A DNA stretch of 64,000 nucleotides from positions 96,001 through 160,000 of the forward strand of contig CAVSGI010000020.1 in assembly GCA_963727445.1 (NCBI GenBank), given 5' to 3'. Shown one piece after another: positions 1-10,327 of this stretch. The notes below the pieces were generated by a model. The model did not search any database, was not told the DNA's origin, and saw only the letters and a program-made list of their open reading frames with translations. The position numbers were made by a program, and so were the translations under genes. The stretch is from an uncultured delta proteobacterium. Its GTDB lineage: Bacteria > Myxococcota_A > Polyangia > Polyangiales > B10-G4. Numbering within the stretch: the stretch's first letter is position 1; every line of letters begins with the position of its first letter.

Positions 1-415
1 AGATACCTGTTTGAGGGTTGCACCAAGCGAGATACGTATGCGATCCGTCTGGGGAAACAACAGCTCCCCCGCAGTGAGTGCTCGTCGTGTTGTCTGACCA
101 TTCCTGAGTACACAGGCACGGGCCATCCGGCGTGGCAGTGGCTCCGCACGCCGCGGTCCCGAACCCACAGTACAGGAGTGAACCGCCGGACCAGGACGTG
201 TCAACCGCTGGAGCGCTTTCGCATGTGACCGCGCCGGCATCGATGCTCCCGTCCGATGCTGCGGCGTCCTCGGCGCCGTCCGGGCGCGCATCGGGCGCAC
301 TCGTGTCATCCATAGCGCCGGTGTCAGGCGCCGAGTCAAGCGGACTCGTATCGTCCCCCCCGCAACCCAAGATGAATCCTACGAGGAGCCACAGGCCGAG
401 ATATCGCGCGTTCAT
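1..415 (-). CDS. Cys-containing lipoprotein, 3' end runs off the window; missing from the ORF track
   Basis: Manual translation gives MNARYLGLWLLVGFILG-CGGDD (lipobox), then a DSAPDTGAMD/DAG linker and a Cys-containing domain. The frame is open to base 1. Its ATG (415-413) overlaps the upstream TGA as ATGA. Confidence 0.8.
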   Translation of the reverse strand, partial: MNARYLGLWLLVGFILGCGGDDTSPLDSAPDTGAMDDTSAPDARPDGAEDAAASDGSIDAGAVTCESAPAVDTSWSGGSLLYCGFGTAACGATATPDGPCLCTQEWSDNTTSTHCGGAVVSPDGSHTYLAWCNPQTGI

Positions 416-1851
416 CCGTCATCCGCTGGCGGCATGGAGGGCACGGGTTCGACGCCGCCACGCTCGAGGCAGAACACCGGCTCACCCGTTTCCGATGTCG
501 GGCAGTCGCCTTCGAAACAAGCACCGTTCGGAAGGCAGTCGGCACAGAAGTGCATGCCAGCGGGGCAGCACTGAGCGCCTGGCGCATTGCACGTGTAGTC
601 GTCGGGACAGCATGTGCCATTCCTCTCACACTGAGTCCCCACCTTACAGCACACGCCGAAGTCGGCGCAGCTTTGGTCAGGGTTGCAGCAGTTGGCGGGG
701 GTGGAGTCGTCGCCCGGAGAGCCGGGGCAGGGACCGCCGGGGTTGCCCCGAGTTCCCTCGCAACACGGTCCGTTGAGCTGGTCGGCGCACATGTTCGCTT
801 CAGCGCAGCAGCCGTCCCCACACGCATTCGCTGTGGGACAGCACACCGTCGCGGAATCGCAGGCGAGGCTTCCGGCTAGATTCGGGTCGCTCGCACAGGT
901 ATTGCCCACCGGGCAGCAGGTGCCGCCGCCGCAGCTGTGATCGCAGCAAAGGCCGCGAGTGGGATCGACGCACGTCGAGTCCCGATGGCAGCACTGGGGG
1001 GTGGGGTTGATGAAGTCCATGTTGTCATCGCACCGTTCAGGGCAGCAGGCCTCGCTGTTCTGGCATTCAATGATCGAGAAGATGTACAAGGCGATGCAGG
1101 CGAGGAAGCCCACCACCAGACAGATCACCTCACACAGGCCGGCAAAGAGCCCGGCACCTGCACAGGCGGCACAGCCTTCGGCGACACCCAACAAGCAGTG
1201 AGTGAGCTCAGTGAGGGCAGCGCCCCAACAACCGGCGCACGAAGCTCCCCCGACGTCGAACCCCGCGACTTGTGCTGCTTGTCCGTTGGTGGGGCACGAA
1301 GGCGGATCCTCGGGCGGGTCGCCGAGGCATCCCCGAAGACTCGCGGCCAGCTGCTGTCCGAGCGAATCGAATCGTTCCTGAAAATCCGATGCCAGCGTGA
1401 CCGCGCGCGGCGCATCGATCGGCGTTCCGTCGGCGTAATGAGTGCTCGGTCGACTCAAGTCGAGAGCGCGACCGCGCCAGGTGGCATACGTGAGCGTGCC
1501 GTCGGAGCCCGCGCCGAGGACCGCGCGTCCGTGACCGACGATGTTCAACGTCGCTTCGACCTCGTCAGGGTAATCCGCCGAGGGCCCCTCGACGTCCAGG
1601 TCCATGATTCCGGTGACGACCATCTCGATGGACAAGGGGCCACGAGGCGGGAGGTCGTACCGGGCATGGTCCCGCCCATGGTTGACGACGACGCGACGAG
1701 GGATCGCCTGACGACCCAGTGGTCCATCATTGATGCAATGGGGAAGTCCGGGTCCATGCGCTTCTCGCGTGCCCCCGTCGTCGTGAAGTCCGCTGGTCGA
1801 GCCCTGGCCGGGGCCATCTGGGACGCATGCCGACACCACGAGCAGGATCAT
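412..1851 (-). CDS. Secreted Cys-rich protein, probably a lipoprotein, with a hydrophobic Cys-rich segment and CC-rich C-terminal repeats
   Basis: LLVVSA-C lipobox-like start, a CAGCW...CEVICLVVGFLAC segment and many CC motifs. Translationally coupled to the next gene. Confidence 0.8.
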   Translation of the reverse strand: MILLVVSACVPDGPGQGSTSGLHDDGGTREAHGPGLPHCINDGPLGRQAIPRRVVVNHGRDHARYDLPPRGPLSIEMVVTGIMDLDVEGPSADYPDEVEATLNIVGHGRAVLGAGSDGTLTYATWRGRALDLSRPSTHYADGTPIDAPRAVTLASDFQERFDSLGQQLAASLRGCLGDPPEDPPSCPTNGQAAQVAGFDVGGASCAGCWGAALTELTHCLLGVAEGCAACAGAGLFAGLCEVICLVVGFLACIALYIFSIIECQNSEACCPERCDDNMDFINPTPQCCHRDSTCVDPTRGLCCDHSCGGGTCCPVGNTCASDPNLAGSLACDSATVCCPTANACGDGCCAEANMCADQLNGPCCEGTRGNPGGPCPGSPGDDSTPANCCNPDQSCADFGVCCKVGTQCERNGTCCPDDYTCNAPGAQCCPAGMHFCADCLPNGACFEGDCPTSETGEPVFCLERGGVEPVPSMPPADDG

Positions 1852-1926
1852 CCACCCGAAGATGGGTATGCCGCCGCTCCAACAAACCCTCGTCTGCCAT
1901 CGTTTGGGTCTGCCAGCCTTGTTCCT

Positions 1927-1948
1927 AGACAGACAGACAGACAGACAG
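1927..1948. repeat. (AGAC)5 microsatellite
   Basis: agacagacagacagacagacag, intergenic. Confidence 0.9.
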
Positions 1949-2099
1949 GCGAACGATTCTTGCGCAGACCCATGGTCTAGGTTTGCACGAGCGAGATCGT
2001 CGCCGTCAACGGTCTCCGGATAGTGTCACCCGTGAGGGGTGACGCCAAAGAGCGATGTGATGAGCTCGCTCTCGAGCTCTTCGTCGTGTTCGCTCTCGC

Positions 2100-2420
2100 G
2101 GGGGCTTCCGCGTCCGGCGGCGAGCCTCGAAGACGTGACCGTCGCTCGGGTGACGGCCAGCTGTACAACCGAGTCACTGACCGGGCTGGCCTATGGCGTC
2201 GGGGTCGTCTCCTCGCGCGTGACCCTCACGCGGTTCTCGATCGAGTCCGTCGATGTCTGTGGGGCGTTCTTGTGATGGCGTCCAGCGAGCTGGATCTGTC
2301 GAACGGACGCATCGCGTCGACGGCCATCGGCGCCTGCGTGCAAGTGCCCGATTACGATTTCGGCCGCCTCATGAACGATGTTCGCTTCGTGGAGGCACGA
2401 ACCTCGGTGATGGTTGCCCC
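2100..2420 (+). pseudogene. Remnant of the C-terminus of a beta-helix-repeat-like secreted protein
   Basis: Two adjacent frames read LEDVTVARV...VTLTRFSIESVDVCGAFL and ELDLSNGRIASTAIGACVQVPDYDFGRLMNDVRF. This resembles myxobacterial beta-helix protein ends (recalled similarity, not searched). Confidence 0.35.
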
Positions 2421-2523
2421 GCCGATCGAGAGGGCTTCGGTCGCGCGCCGCAGCACCCGGATCCGAATCCGGTCGATCTCTTCTCCCTTGTCCGTTCGCG
2501 AAGACGGCACCACACCCCGTCCC

Positions 2524-3270
2524 ATGGAGTCGGTCGCGGATGGGGTGTGGGTCGACGAGGGGCCGGTGAGCATCGTCGGGATGCCACTCACGTCGACGAT
2601 GACGGTGCTGCGCTTGACGGGAGGGGAGCTCTTGCTCTCCTCGCCGCTCCCGCTGACCGAGGATCGCCGCGCGGCGGTCGAAGGGCTGGGCGAGGTCGCG
2701 CACCTCTACGCGCCGAACACGTTCCACCACATGTGGCTGGGCGAGTGGGCGGAGGCGTACCCCTCCGCGCTCGTTCACGGACCGGCCGCGCTGGGGGACA
2801 AGCGCGCCGATCTCGCGATTGCGCGCGCGCCCGACGCGCCCGGCGCCTCGCCTTTCGACGACGCCATCGCCGAGATCCACATCGATGGCTTCCGCATGGA
2901 GGAGACGGTGCTCGTGCATCAACCGTCGAAAACGCTCGTCGTCACGGACCTCTTCCACAACATCGGGACACCCCCCGAGCGCTGGACGAAGATCTACGCA
3001 TCAGCCATGGGCTTCTATGGTCGCGTCGCCCTCAGTCGCATGCTTCGATGGACCGCGTTCCGCGACCGGGGTGCCGCGCGGCGCAGCGTCGACGCGATCC
3101 TCGCCCAGCCCTTCGAGCGCGTCGTGGTCGGTCACGGGGCCCCAATCCTCCGCGACGCGAAGAGCGCGGTGACCGAGGCAACCCGCTGGCTGCCGGTGGC
3201 GACCCCCGTCGAGCGACGCCTGAGCAGGGGCGAGGGCAGCGCAATCGTCTCGCGCCGCCCCTGCGGCTGA
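2524..3270 (+). CDS. DUF4336-family protein (metallo-beta-lactamase-like fold)
   Basis: MTVLRL.GGELLLSSP, APNTFHHMWL..W...YP.A, E.VLVH.PSKTLVVTDL, FERVVVGHG. Start placed at ATG 2524 instead of 2023. Confidence 0.85.
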   Translation: MESVADGVWVDEGPVSIVGMPLTSTMTVLRLTGGELLLSSPLPLTEDRRAAVEGLGEVAHLYAPNTFHHMWLGEWAEAYPSALVHGPAALGDKRADLAIARAPDAPGASPFDDAIAEIHIDGFRMEETVLVHQPSKTLVVTDLFHNIGTPPERWTKIYASAMGFYGRVALSRMLRWTAFRDRGAARRSVDAILAQPFERVVVGHGAPILRDAKSAVTEATRWLPVATPVERRLSRGEGSAIVSRRPCG

Positions 3271-3517
3271 GCTCGACGCTCGCTCACGAACCATGCGCGC
3301 TCGATTCAGCGAGCTCTGACGAGCGCGTTGAACGACACGACGAGGGTAGCCCGCACCTCCTCTGTCGTGAGACCGGACGTCGGTGGAGGCTCCCTTTGGG
3401 TGCAGCTCTCGTTCAAACCTGGGCGTGGGGGTGGAGCTCGAGGCGCCAGACGAGCCAGTCGAGATTGCTTCGGGCGCGTTCCAGCTCTTCTCCTGAAGAG
3501 GAGCGGCGAACGAGCAC

Positions 3518-4930
3518 TCACCGCACCCGCTCGCGCCCCACCACCACCATCACCGGCGGCCGCTCCACCGGCCCGAGCCGCCACGTCATCCGACTCGCGG
3601 GGCCCGTCACCTTCAGCCGCCCGCCGTGCTCGCCGTCCAAATGGTGAAACGCGCAGATGCTGGCCAGGTTGTCGGGCGCGTCGTCCCCGCCGCGGCCGCG
3701 GTACCGCAGGTGGTGCAGCGTGACATCGCGCCGCCTGCACACCGGACACTTGCACCGGTACCCGTCGCGCCGATGAATGTGCTCCCACCGGTCGCTCTTG
3801 CCGAGCCACGGCAGCCAATCCCGCCAGAACTCGCGGCAGATCACCCGCAGGAACACGCCCTCGAGCCCGCTTCGGACAAACGCCACCTCCATCATCCGAA
3901 ACTCGACGAACGCATCCAGCGGGATCCGAAAGCTCACCTCGCGCGTCCGCGGCCCGCGCCCTTTGACTTCACAAAATGAGACGGGCGCATCTTCGTCGAC
4001 CGCGCGCCGCAGCCGCTCACCGCTCAGCACCGCCCGCTCCTCCGCCTCGAAGTGCGCGACCTCCGCGTCGTTCGGCGGCCAGACGCCCGTCCGCGCCCCC
4101 GCCACACCCCGCACCCCCGCGCGCCGCTCCGCGATCTCGACCTCCTCCGACAGGTGCGCGAACGTCCGCCGCACCGTCCGATCGAGCCACGGCTCCACCG
4201 TGCGCGGGTCCGCCACCCGGCCCACGAGGAGCGCCGCCGCCTCCGACGTCTGCCCGCGCCGCAGCGCGACCCCGATCTCCGGCAGCCGCTCGGCGTCCGC
4301 CGCGAGACGGATCCGCCGCATCACCGTGGCGCGCCCCAGCCCCAGCCGCTCGCGGATCCACTGCTCGAAGCGGCCGCAGCCCAGCGCCTCCCAGCCGCGA
4401 CGCCGCTGCATCGACCGCCTCGATGAACGGATCGATCCCCGCATTCTGAAACGTCGACGTCGCCTCACCGACCACCGCCTCGATCCAGCGGCTGCCCACC
4501 TCGCGCCCCTCGATGTCATCGACGAGCTTCGAGGTGACCTCGCACTCCCAGAACGTGTCGACGTCCACGCGACGCGTCACCGTCACCATGCGCTCGTCGT
4601 CGGCCTCCCGCATCGCTTCGTCGCGCTCGTCGAGGAGCTCGGTCATCTCGCGAAGCGTGCTCCGGCGCGCCGCGGCGAGCAGCACCGGCTCGTCCTCCGG
4701 CGTCGCCCGCCGGCCGAGGAGCTCCGCCATCTTCCATGTGATGTCGCGGCGGGCGAGCGCACGTCGCGTCTCGGGCAGCTCCCGAAGACGCGCCGCCACA
4801 CGACGCGACTCGTAGAACCACGCCGCGCTCGCGCCGAGCTGCTCCCGCGCATACGAATGCACGTCGGCGAACCCGAGTACGTGATGACGCTCAGCGCTCA
4901 AGAACGCGTGCGCGACCTCGCCCCCGCGGG
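3518..4930 (-). pseudogene. HNH endonuclease with two tandem DUF222-like modules; 5'-truncated and frameshifted near 4400
   Basis: Module 1 is LGFADVHSYAREQLG...LRELP and module 2 is LGCGRFEQWIRERLG...AERLP, in different frames. HNH domain: RDGYRCKCPVC...LHHLRYRGRGG...NLASICAFHH. Confidence 0.8.
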
Positions 4931-4939
4931 GTGCCCGGC

Positions 4940-5240
4940 CACGTGTTTTGCTCCACCCCCGCCATCCGAACCGACCGGCCCGGCGTCGGCCCCCAAAGGT
5001 TCGGTGCACTCGCACTCTTGGAAGAGGCCGTCCATCGCGTCGGTGCACGTGAGCACCATGCCGGTCGCGCTGGCCTCCATGCACGCCTCGACCTCAGGAC
5101 GCGCTGCCTCCGAGGTCGCAACCCCGCAATCGAGGGCGCCACCACGCGCGATGCCGGCCACCACGGTGCCCACATCACATGGACATGACTCGCCGCCACC
5201 GCAGGGGGGAAGGAGGCACCAGCGATCGAAGATGCGCAGG
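4940..5240 (-). pseudogene. Possible remnant of a small Cys-rich lipoprotein
   Basis: CGGGESCPCDVG...CMEA...CTDA...CECTEPLGADAG, with a damaged signal peptide. Confidence 0.3.
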
Positions 5241-5387
5241 TCACCGTATCTGATCCCGAATCGACTCCAATGATTGGCGGGAGCGCGTATTGGTCTTCCT
5301 CCGACAACCTCGTCATCGAGTTGTACTCGGCGGACCAGACATGCGCTGACCGCCATCCAGGCACTGCTGCTCGACGAGCGGCTGTTT

Positions 5388-5437
5388 CGCCCGCGGTCAG
5401 TCGAAACGTGTTTGAGTCGAGCCGGTTCGCAGCAGTC
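5388..5437 (+). repeat. 50-bp dispersed direct repeat, copy 1
   Basis: cgcccgcggtcagtcgaaacgtgtttgagtcgagccggttcgcagcagtc; 49/50 identical to 10843-10892. Confidence 0.95.
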
Positions 5438-5647
5438 AAGCGTCGGCGGGGGCTATGGGGATATCGGACTCGTGATCGCCGGTCGCGGTCGCGGAGGTCG
5501 AGGACTGCGGCGAGTGTTCGGGTTTCGAGGGTGCGTTGGCGGAGGGTGGGTGAGCCGGAGTCCGCCGCGCCGGAGCGTTTTGACGTCATCGATGCGGTCG
5601 AGATCCACGCTTTTTGATTAACACCGAGCCGCAGCGTTAACAAGGCC

Positions 5648-6038
5648 TCATCGACGATCCATGCCGCCGAGCTTCGGCGACAGGTCGCGCTTCGTCAGAA
5701 GCGGCGGGCTCATCGGCAATCGGCCCACCGTCTCGGAGCCCTCGATGAAGAGCGACAGCTCCGTCAGCGTCAGCTCGACGCCGCCCTCCTTCTTCCGATT
5801 CCACAGCGGCGCGAAGCGCCCCTTGTCGAGACGCTTCGCGAACAGGCACAGCCCCGTGCCGTCAAAGTAGAGCACCTTCGCGCGCGTGCGATTGCGGCTC
5901 ACGAAGAGGAAGAGATCGCCGCTGAGCACCGAGCGCTTCATCTCCTGCTCGACGAGCGCGCTCAGCGTGTTGAACGACTTGCGCATGTCGCAGGGCTCCG
6001 TACGCCCACGCGACCAGACCGCGGCTCAGCCCGATCAC
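5648..6038 (-). CDS. tnpB: IS66 accessory protein TnpB, frameshift near 6000
   Basis: DMRKSFNTL...SGDLFLFVSRNR...KVLYFDGTGLCLFAKRLDKGRF. The N-terminus (GTG-IGLSRGLVAWAY) is out of frame with EPCDMRK. Confidence 0.9.
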
Positions 6039-6370
6039 GACAGCCGAAGCCAGAGCTCGGCGATCTCCGCCGGCGTCATGCCTTCGACGGACAGACCACG
6101 TGGCCCACGAACGATCGGCCCCGGCGTCGGCGGCGCGCTCACGCGAACGGCGACGAGTGCGCCGTCGCTCTTCTTCCGCTTGCGTCGCCACGTCAGCAGC
6201 GTCTGCGCGCTCAGACCAAGTTGCTTCGCCGTCGCGCGATAGCTCCCGCCTGCCGCGCGAAGTCTCTCGGCGACCTCGAGCACCTCCCGCCGAAGCGCTT
6301 CCGGCGTGCCGCCCCGCGGTCCGCGGCCTTCCTTCAATCGTGTGCGCAGCTCTTCGAGATCATCCGACAT
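6035..6370 (-). CDS. tnpA: IS66 TnpA-like HTH protein
   Basis: HTH motif ATAKQLGLSAQTLLTWRR; GTGA overlap with tnpB. Confidence 0.8.
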   Translation of the reverse strand: MSDDLEELRTRLKEGRGPRGGTPEALRREVLEVAERLRAAGGSYRATAKQLGLSAQTLLTWRRKRKKSDGALVAVRVSAPPTPGPIVRGPRGLSVEGMTPAEIAELWLRLS

Positions 6371-6461
6371 CGCCGCGCAGGATCGCCGACGCAGCGCGCG
6401 GCGTCAGGACGGGGCGGGGCGAGGAGTTACGGCGGGAGTGGCGGGAGGCCGTTTGTGATGG

Positions 6462-6860
6462 CTATCCACCGATCTCGACGAAGGTACACAACGCTTCACA
6501 CTGGGCGTAGACGTGCCACCCGTAGCGGCGGGCGAGGTCCTGGCAGTCGAGGGCGCAGCGCCACGAGGAGTCGGCCGCGGTCGTGCAGGTGCCCGTGGGA
6601 CGGGCGCCCGTGACGCAGCAGCCCATTTCGTTGGCGCAGCCGCCCGGGCAGACGCGCGGCGACGTCTCGTCGCACACGAAGACGAGCAGCGGTGGCTGGC
6701 CGAGGTCGAGGGCTGGCGGAGCCCAGTCGAGGTGGAATCCGGCGTCGGCGCGATCGTTCGGGGCGGCCGCCAGCTCGACGTGATCGCGCGGCGCGGCGGT
6801 GCAGGCGGCCGCGGTCAGGGCCATGACGACCCCCAGAGACCGCGCCACCACACTGCTCAT
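6462..6860 (-). CDS. Small Cys-rich lipoprotein
   Basis: LTAAA-C lipobox and a C-terminal domain with about 9 Cys. Confidence 0.7.
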   Translation of the reverse strand: MSSVVARSLGVVMALTAAACTAAPRDHVELAAAPNDRADAGFHLDWAPPALDLGQPPLLVFVCDETSPRVCPGGCANEMGCCVTGARPTGTCTTAADSSWRCALDCQDLARRYGWHVYAQCEALCTFVEIGG

Positions 6861-6988
6861 GCCTGCTAGGTAGCCGCGGCGTCGCGCATCGCCACTGCGC
6901 TCGCGAGAGCGCAGGGATCCATCGAAGGTGCGCTCGGCCGAGCGCGGCGGGGTCGCCGAAACCCGAGGAGTCGTGCGGCCGAGCCCCG

Positions 6989-7004
6989 TGGCGCGGCGGT
7001 TGCT
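6989..7004 (+). promoter_or_regulatory. Sigma-54 promoter
   Basis: TGGCGCG-GCGG-TTGCT matches the -24/-12 consensus; followed by AGGAGG (7021) and ATG 7031. Confidence 0.75.
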
Positions 7005-7030
7005 CTACGTCGAGGCCGACAGGAGGTCCG

Positions 7031-8005
<975 letters not shown>

Positions 8006-8053
8006 TTGAGACCGGAGCGTGATCGTCCGCCGGCTCGGGTATGATCCGAGCCG

Positions 8054-8461
8054 GTGACCCTCCCCACTCGAATCGGTCGGTACGAAGTCCTCGCGTTGCT
8101 CGGCGAGGGCGGCATGGGGGAGGTGTTCGCGGCGCGGCTCCGAGCGGAGTCGCGCTTCGAGCGTTTGTGCGCCATCAAGCGGATCCGACCCGAGCTCGTG
8201 GCCGAGGAGCGCTTCTTGGAGATGTTCTTCGACGAGGCACGCACCGCGGCGTGCATCCACAGCCCGAACGTCGTCCCGGTGCTTGACGTCGGCCGTGACG
8301 ACGACGGCACGCCCTTCATGGTCATGGACCTGGTCATCGGGGCCGACCTCGACCGGCTCCCGCGCGGTGAGGGGCTCGCGACGCCCGTGGCCCTCGCTCC
8401 GCTTTCCAGTTTTCCGGTAACCGTCACGGATCCAGGGAAAGCTGATGCCAACGCAAGCTAG
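8054..8461 (+). pseudogene. Truncated Ser/Thr protein kinase (N-lobe only)
   Basis: GRYEVLALLGEGGMGEV, AIKRI, FFDEAR, HSPNVV, VMDLV. Homology stops before HRD/DFG at about 8390. Confidence 0.85.
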
Positions 8462-8500
8462 AAATGTCCGGTCTTGCGTTAAGTAGAGATGTCCGGTTCG
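8450..8500 (+). mobile_element. Isolated IS end, ISNCY/IS1202-like
   Basis: Tandem TAGAAATGTCCGGT (8459-8472) and TAGAGATGTCCGGT (8484-8497); AAATGTC subterminal repeats recalled as typical of IS1202-type ends. Confidence 0.5.
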
Positions 8501-8580
8501 GGCTTCAGGAAGTCGCGTCCACGGCCTCGAGTCGTTTGCTCACGAGAACTCGACGGGATCACCCCACCCGAGCCTTGACA

Positions 8581-8707
8581 CCCCACGAGCTGCTCGACGA
8601 CCGGTCGACCCATTGGACCCGCCTCGTCGACGCGCCCGCTCAGGCGAGCCGCCTGGTCTACGACGCGGTCAATGCCGTCGCTGCGGGCCTCGTCGCGCGC
8701 CCCGAGG
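8581..8707 (+). pseudogene. Internal fragment of the RAYT-like transposase gene
   Basis: 125/127 identical to 14662-14788. Confidence 0.95.
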
Positions 8708-9098
8708 CCAAGTTGTCTTCTTCTGGTCGAAGACCAGGCGCGAAGATGTGCCGCGAGCAGCCGAGCGTCATCACGAAAAACCACGCGCGGCGTTCGCGGC
8801 CTTCCCTCGGGTCGTAGAGCTTGCCCGCGTAGCCGAAGTCGACCTGGGCCACGTGACCCGGCGGCGTCTCGACGCGGATCGCCACCTCCTCGGCGGTCAC
8901 GCCCCTTTCGCGGCGAAGCCGGGTGCATGCGCGCTTGACCGCCGACAGCGTTCCCGCGAAGTCCGGCTCGGTCAGTCGCAGGTGATCATAGATCGCCGTC
9001 GGACCTACGCCGCGCTCGGCCTGCTTCTTGATCAAGTCGTGCCAGCGCTCAACGCTCGACACCTGCTGCGGCGCCAGCTTCAACACATCGTCCATCAC
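8708..9098 (-). pseudogene. istA: IS21-family IstA transposase fragment
   Basis: PQQVSSVE...TAIYDHLR...F.GTLSAVKR...RVETPPGHVAQVDFG...AWFFVMTLGCSRH. Confidence 0.85.
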
Positions 9099-9274
9099 AC
9101 ACTGGAGTAACGGGGGGCTGCTCGCCCCCTCCAGCCCCCTCGGTTTGCGGCGTGTCGTGACGCCGCACTTCCAGAGTCGCGTCTCCGTCGTGGCGGTGCC
9201 GGTGGACGTGCGTGACTCAGTGCGCCGAGCCGGGGCCAGTCAGCGCTGCCGCGAAGCGGCTTGGTTCATCATAC

Positions 9275-9335
9275 CTACTGCGAAACTCGGACGTCCGGTG
9301 AAGGGGTTGGCTTCCGTGGAGGCTGGAAACCGGAG
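9275..9335 (+). repeat. 61-bp repeat, copy A
   Basis: CTACTGCGAAACTCGG...TGGAAACCGGAG; 55/61 identical to the reverse complement of 12788-12848. Confidence 0.9.
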
Positions 9336-9430
9336 GGCTCATCTCCATTTTCGGTCCGGGGGCCTTGCGGCTCCGGCGGGGTGGAGTGACAGTCGATCCG
9401 GTGGAACCGGAGACACCTTGGGACCGAGAT

Positions 9431-9970
9431 ATGCTCGGTCTTCTCAAGCCGCTGACCATCGTGCAGGCCACCATGGCAGTGCTGGGTGCGCTGCTCGCGA
9501 TCGGCGGCGTGATCGTGGTGCTGACCCAGGAATCACGCGACGCCGTGGGCTTGTTCGTCCCCGCCGTGATCCTCTTCGGGTTCGCGTTCCTGTTCATCGA
9601 GCCGATGAAGAGGTCGCACAGAGCCCAGGTCCGGAGGTTATCGGCGGCGCGCCGGCTCACCGGACCGTGGACGCTCATGACGTTCGAGCCCGAGCGACGC
9701 CTCGAACCGACGCAGGCGAGCCTGCTCACGGGGCACCTCGGCAAGATCCTCGTCTTCCACCCCCACGAAGTCGTGGCGAAGGGGGCAGGCGGGAGCGTGC
9801 GCCGGGCTTATGAGGTGACCGAAGCGCACGGCGATCGCCTGACGGTGGTGGTGCGAGACGACGGCGGGATCGAATACGAGGTGGTCGGCGAACGCAAGGG
9901 CGACGACCTCTCGTTCGAGTCCCTGACTGCACCGTGGCGCGGGCGCGGCGTGCTTCGACGCCCGCCTTGA
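9431..9970 (+). CDS. Hypothetical membrane protein with 2 TM helices and a beta-rich domain
   Basis: Two hydrophobic segments in ORF 9365..9970; start uncertain. Confidence 0.65.
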   Translation: MLGLLKPLTIVQATMAVLGALLAIGGVIVVLTQESRDAVGLFVPAVILFGFAFLFIEPMKRSHRAQVRRLSAARRLTGPWTLMTFEPERRLEPTQASLLTGHLGKILVFHPHEVVAKGAGGSVRRAYEVTEAHGDRLTVVVRDDGGIEYEVVGERKGDDLSFESLTAPWRGRGVLRRPP

Positions 9971-10000
9971 CCGCGGCTCCGCGCCCCGCCGGCACACGCC

Positions 10001-10327
10001 TTCGACGAATTTGCCAATGGCTACGACACTGCGGGCGCATGGGGGTGCCCTCTTGCCATTCCGGTGGTGGTTGGTGGTGTTGGCGCACTGAGGGATGCGA
10101 TGAAGCGCTTCGGATGGAGCGCGAACGACGCGCGAATGCTAATGGTCAACTTGTTCGCCCTCGGCGACGCAAGCGATGGGTTTACCGCCTCAGTCGAGTC
10201 GATCGGACAAGTGAGCGACTGGTCCGGATACGGACGGATGTGGTTGCATTGGCCGAACATGAATGCAGGGGCTGGCCCCGTCGATCCGCGAAGGTCGAAT
10301 AGCGTTGCTGTTGCGGATCCAGGCTAG
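10001..10327 (+). pseudogene. Possible decayed subtilase (S8)-like fragment
   Basis: In-frame GCPLAIPVVVGGVGALRDAM...SGYGRM resembles GTSxAxPxVAG...GYG; no clear start. Confidence 0.25.

Larger units (their letters stand above)
5565..6430 (-). mobile_element. Truncated IS66-family element: left end, tnpA, tnpB and the first codons of tnpC
   Basis: The end reads GTAACTCCTCGCCCCGCCCCGTC from 6430 (IS66 ends begin GTAA). Gene order is tnpA-tnpB. The tnpC start (GTG-DLDRIDDVKTLRR, about 5608) breaks off. Confidence 0.85.

Noticed and set aside
2023..2523. N-terminal extension of the DUF4336 protein
   Set aside because: DUF4336 similarity starts at about 2524; the upstream part is a remnant of a different gene.
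5986..6038. Programmed frameshift in IS66 tnpB
   Set aside because: There is no slippery sequence; a small deletion or sequencing error is more likely.
5648..6038. RNA-guided TnpB nuclease
   Set aside because: This is the unrelated short IS66 accessory TnpB; it has no RuvC or zinc-finger motifs.
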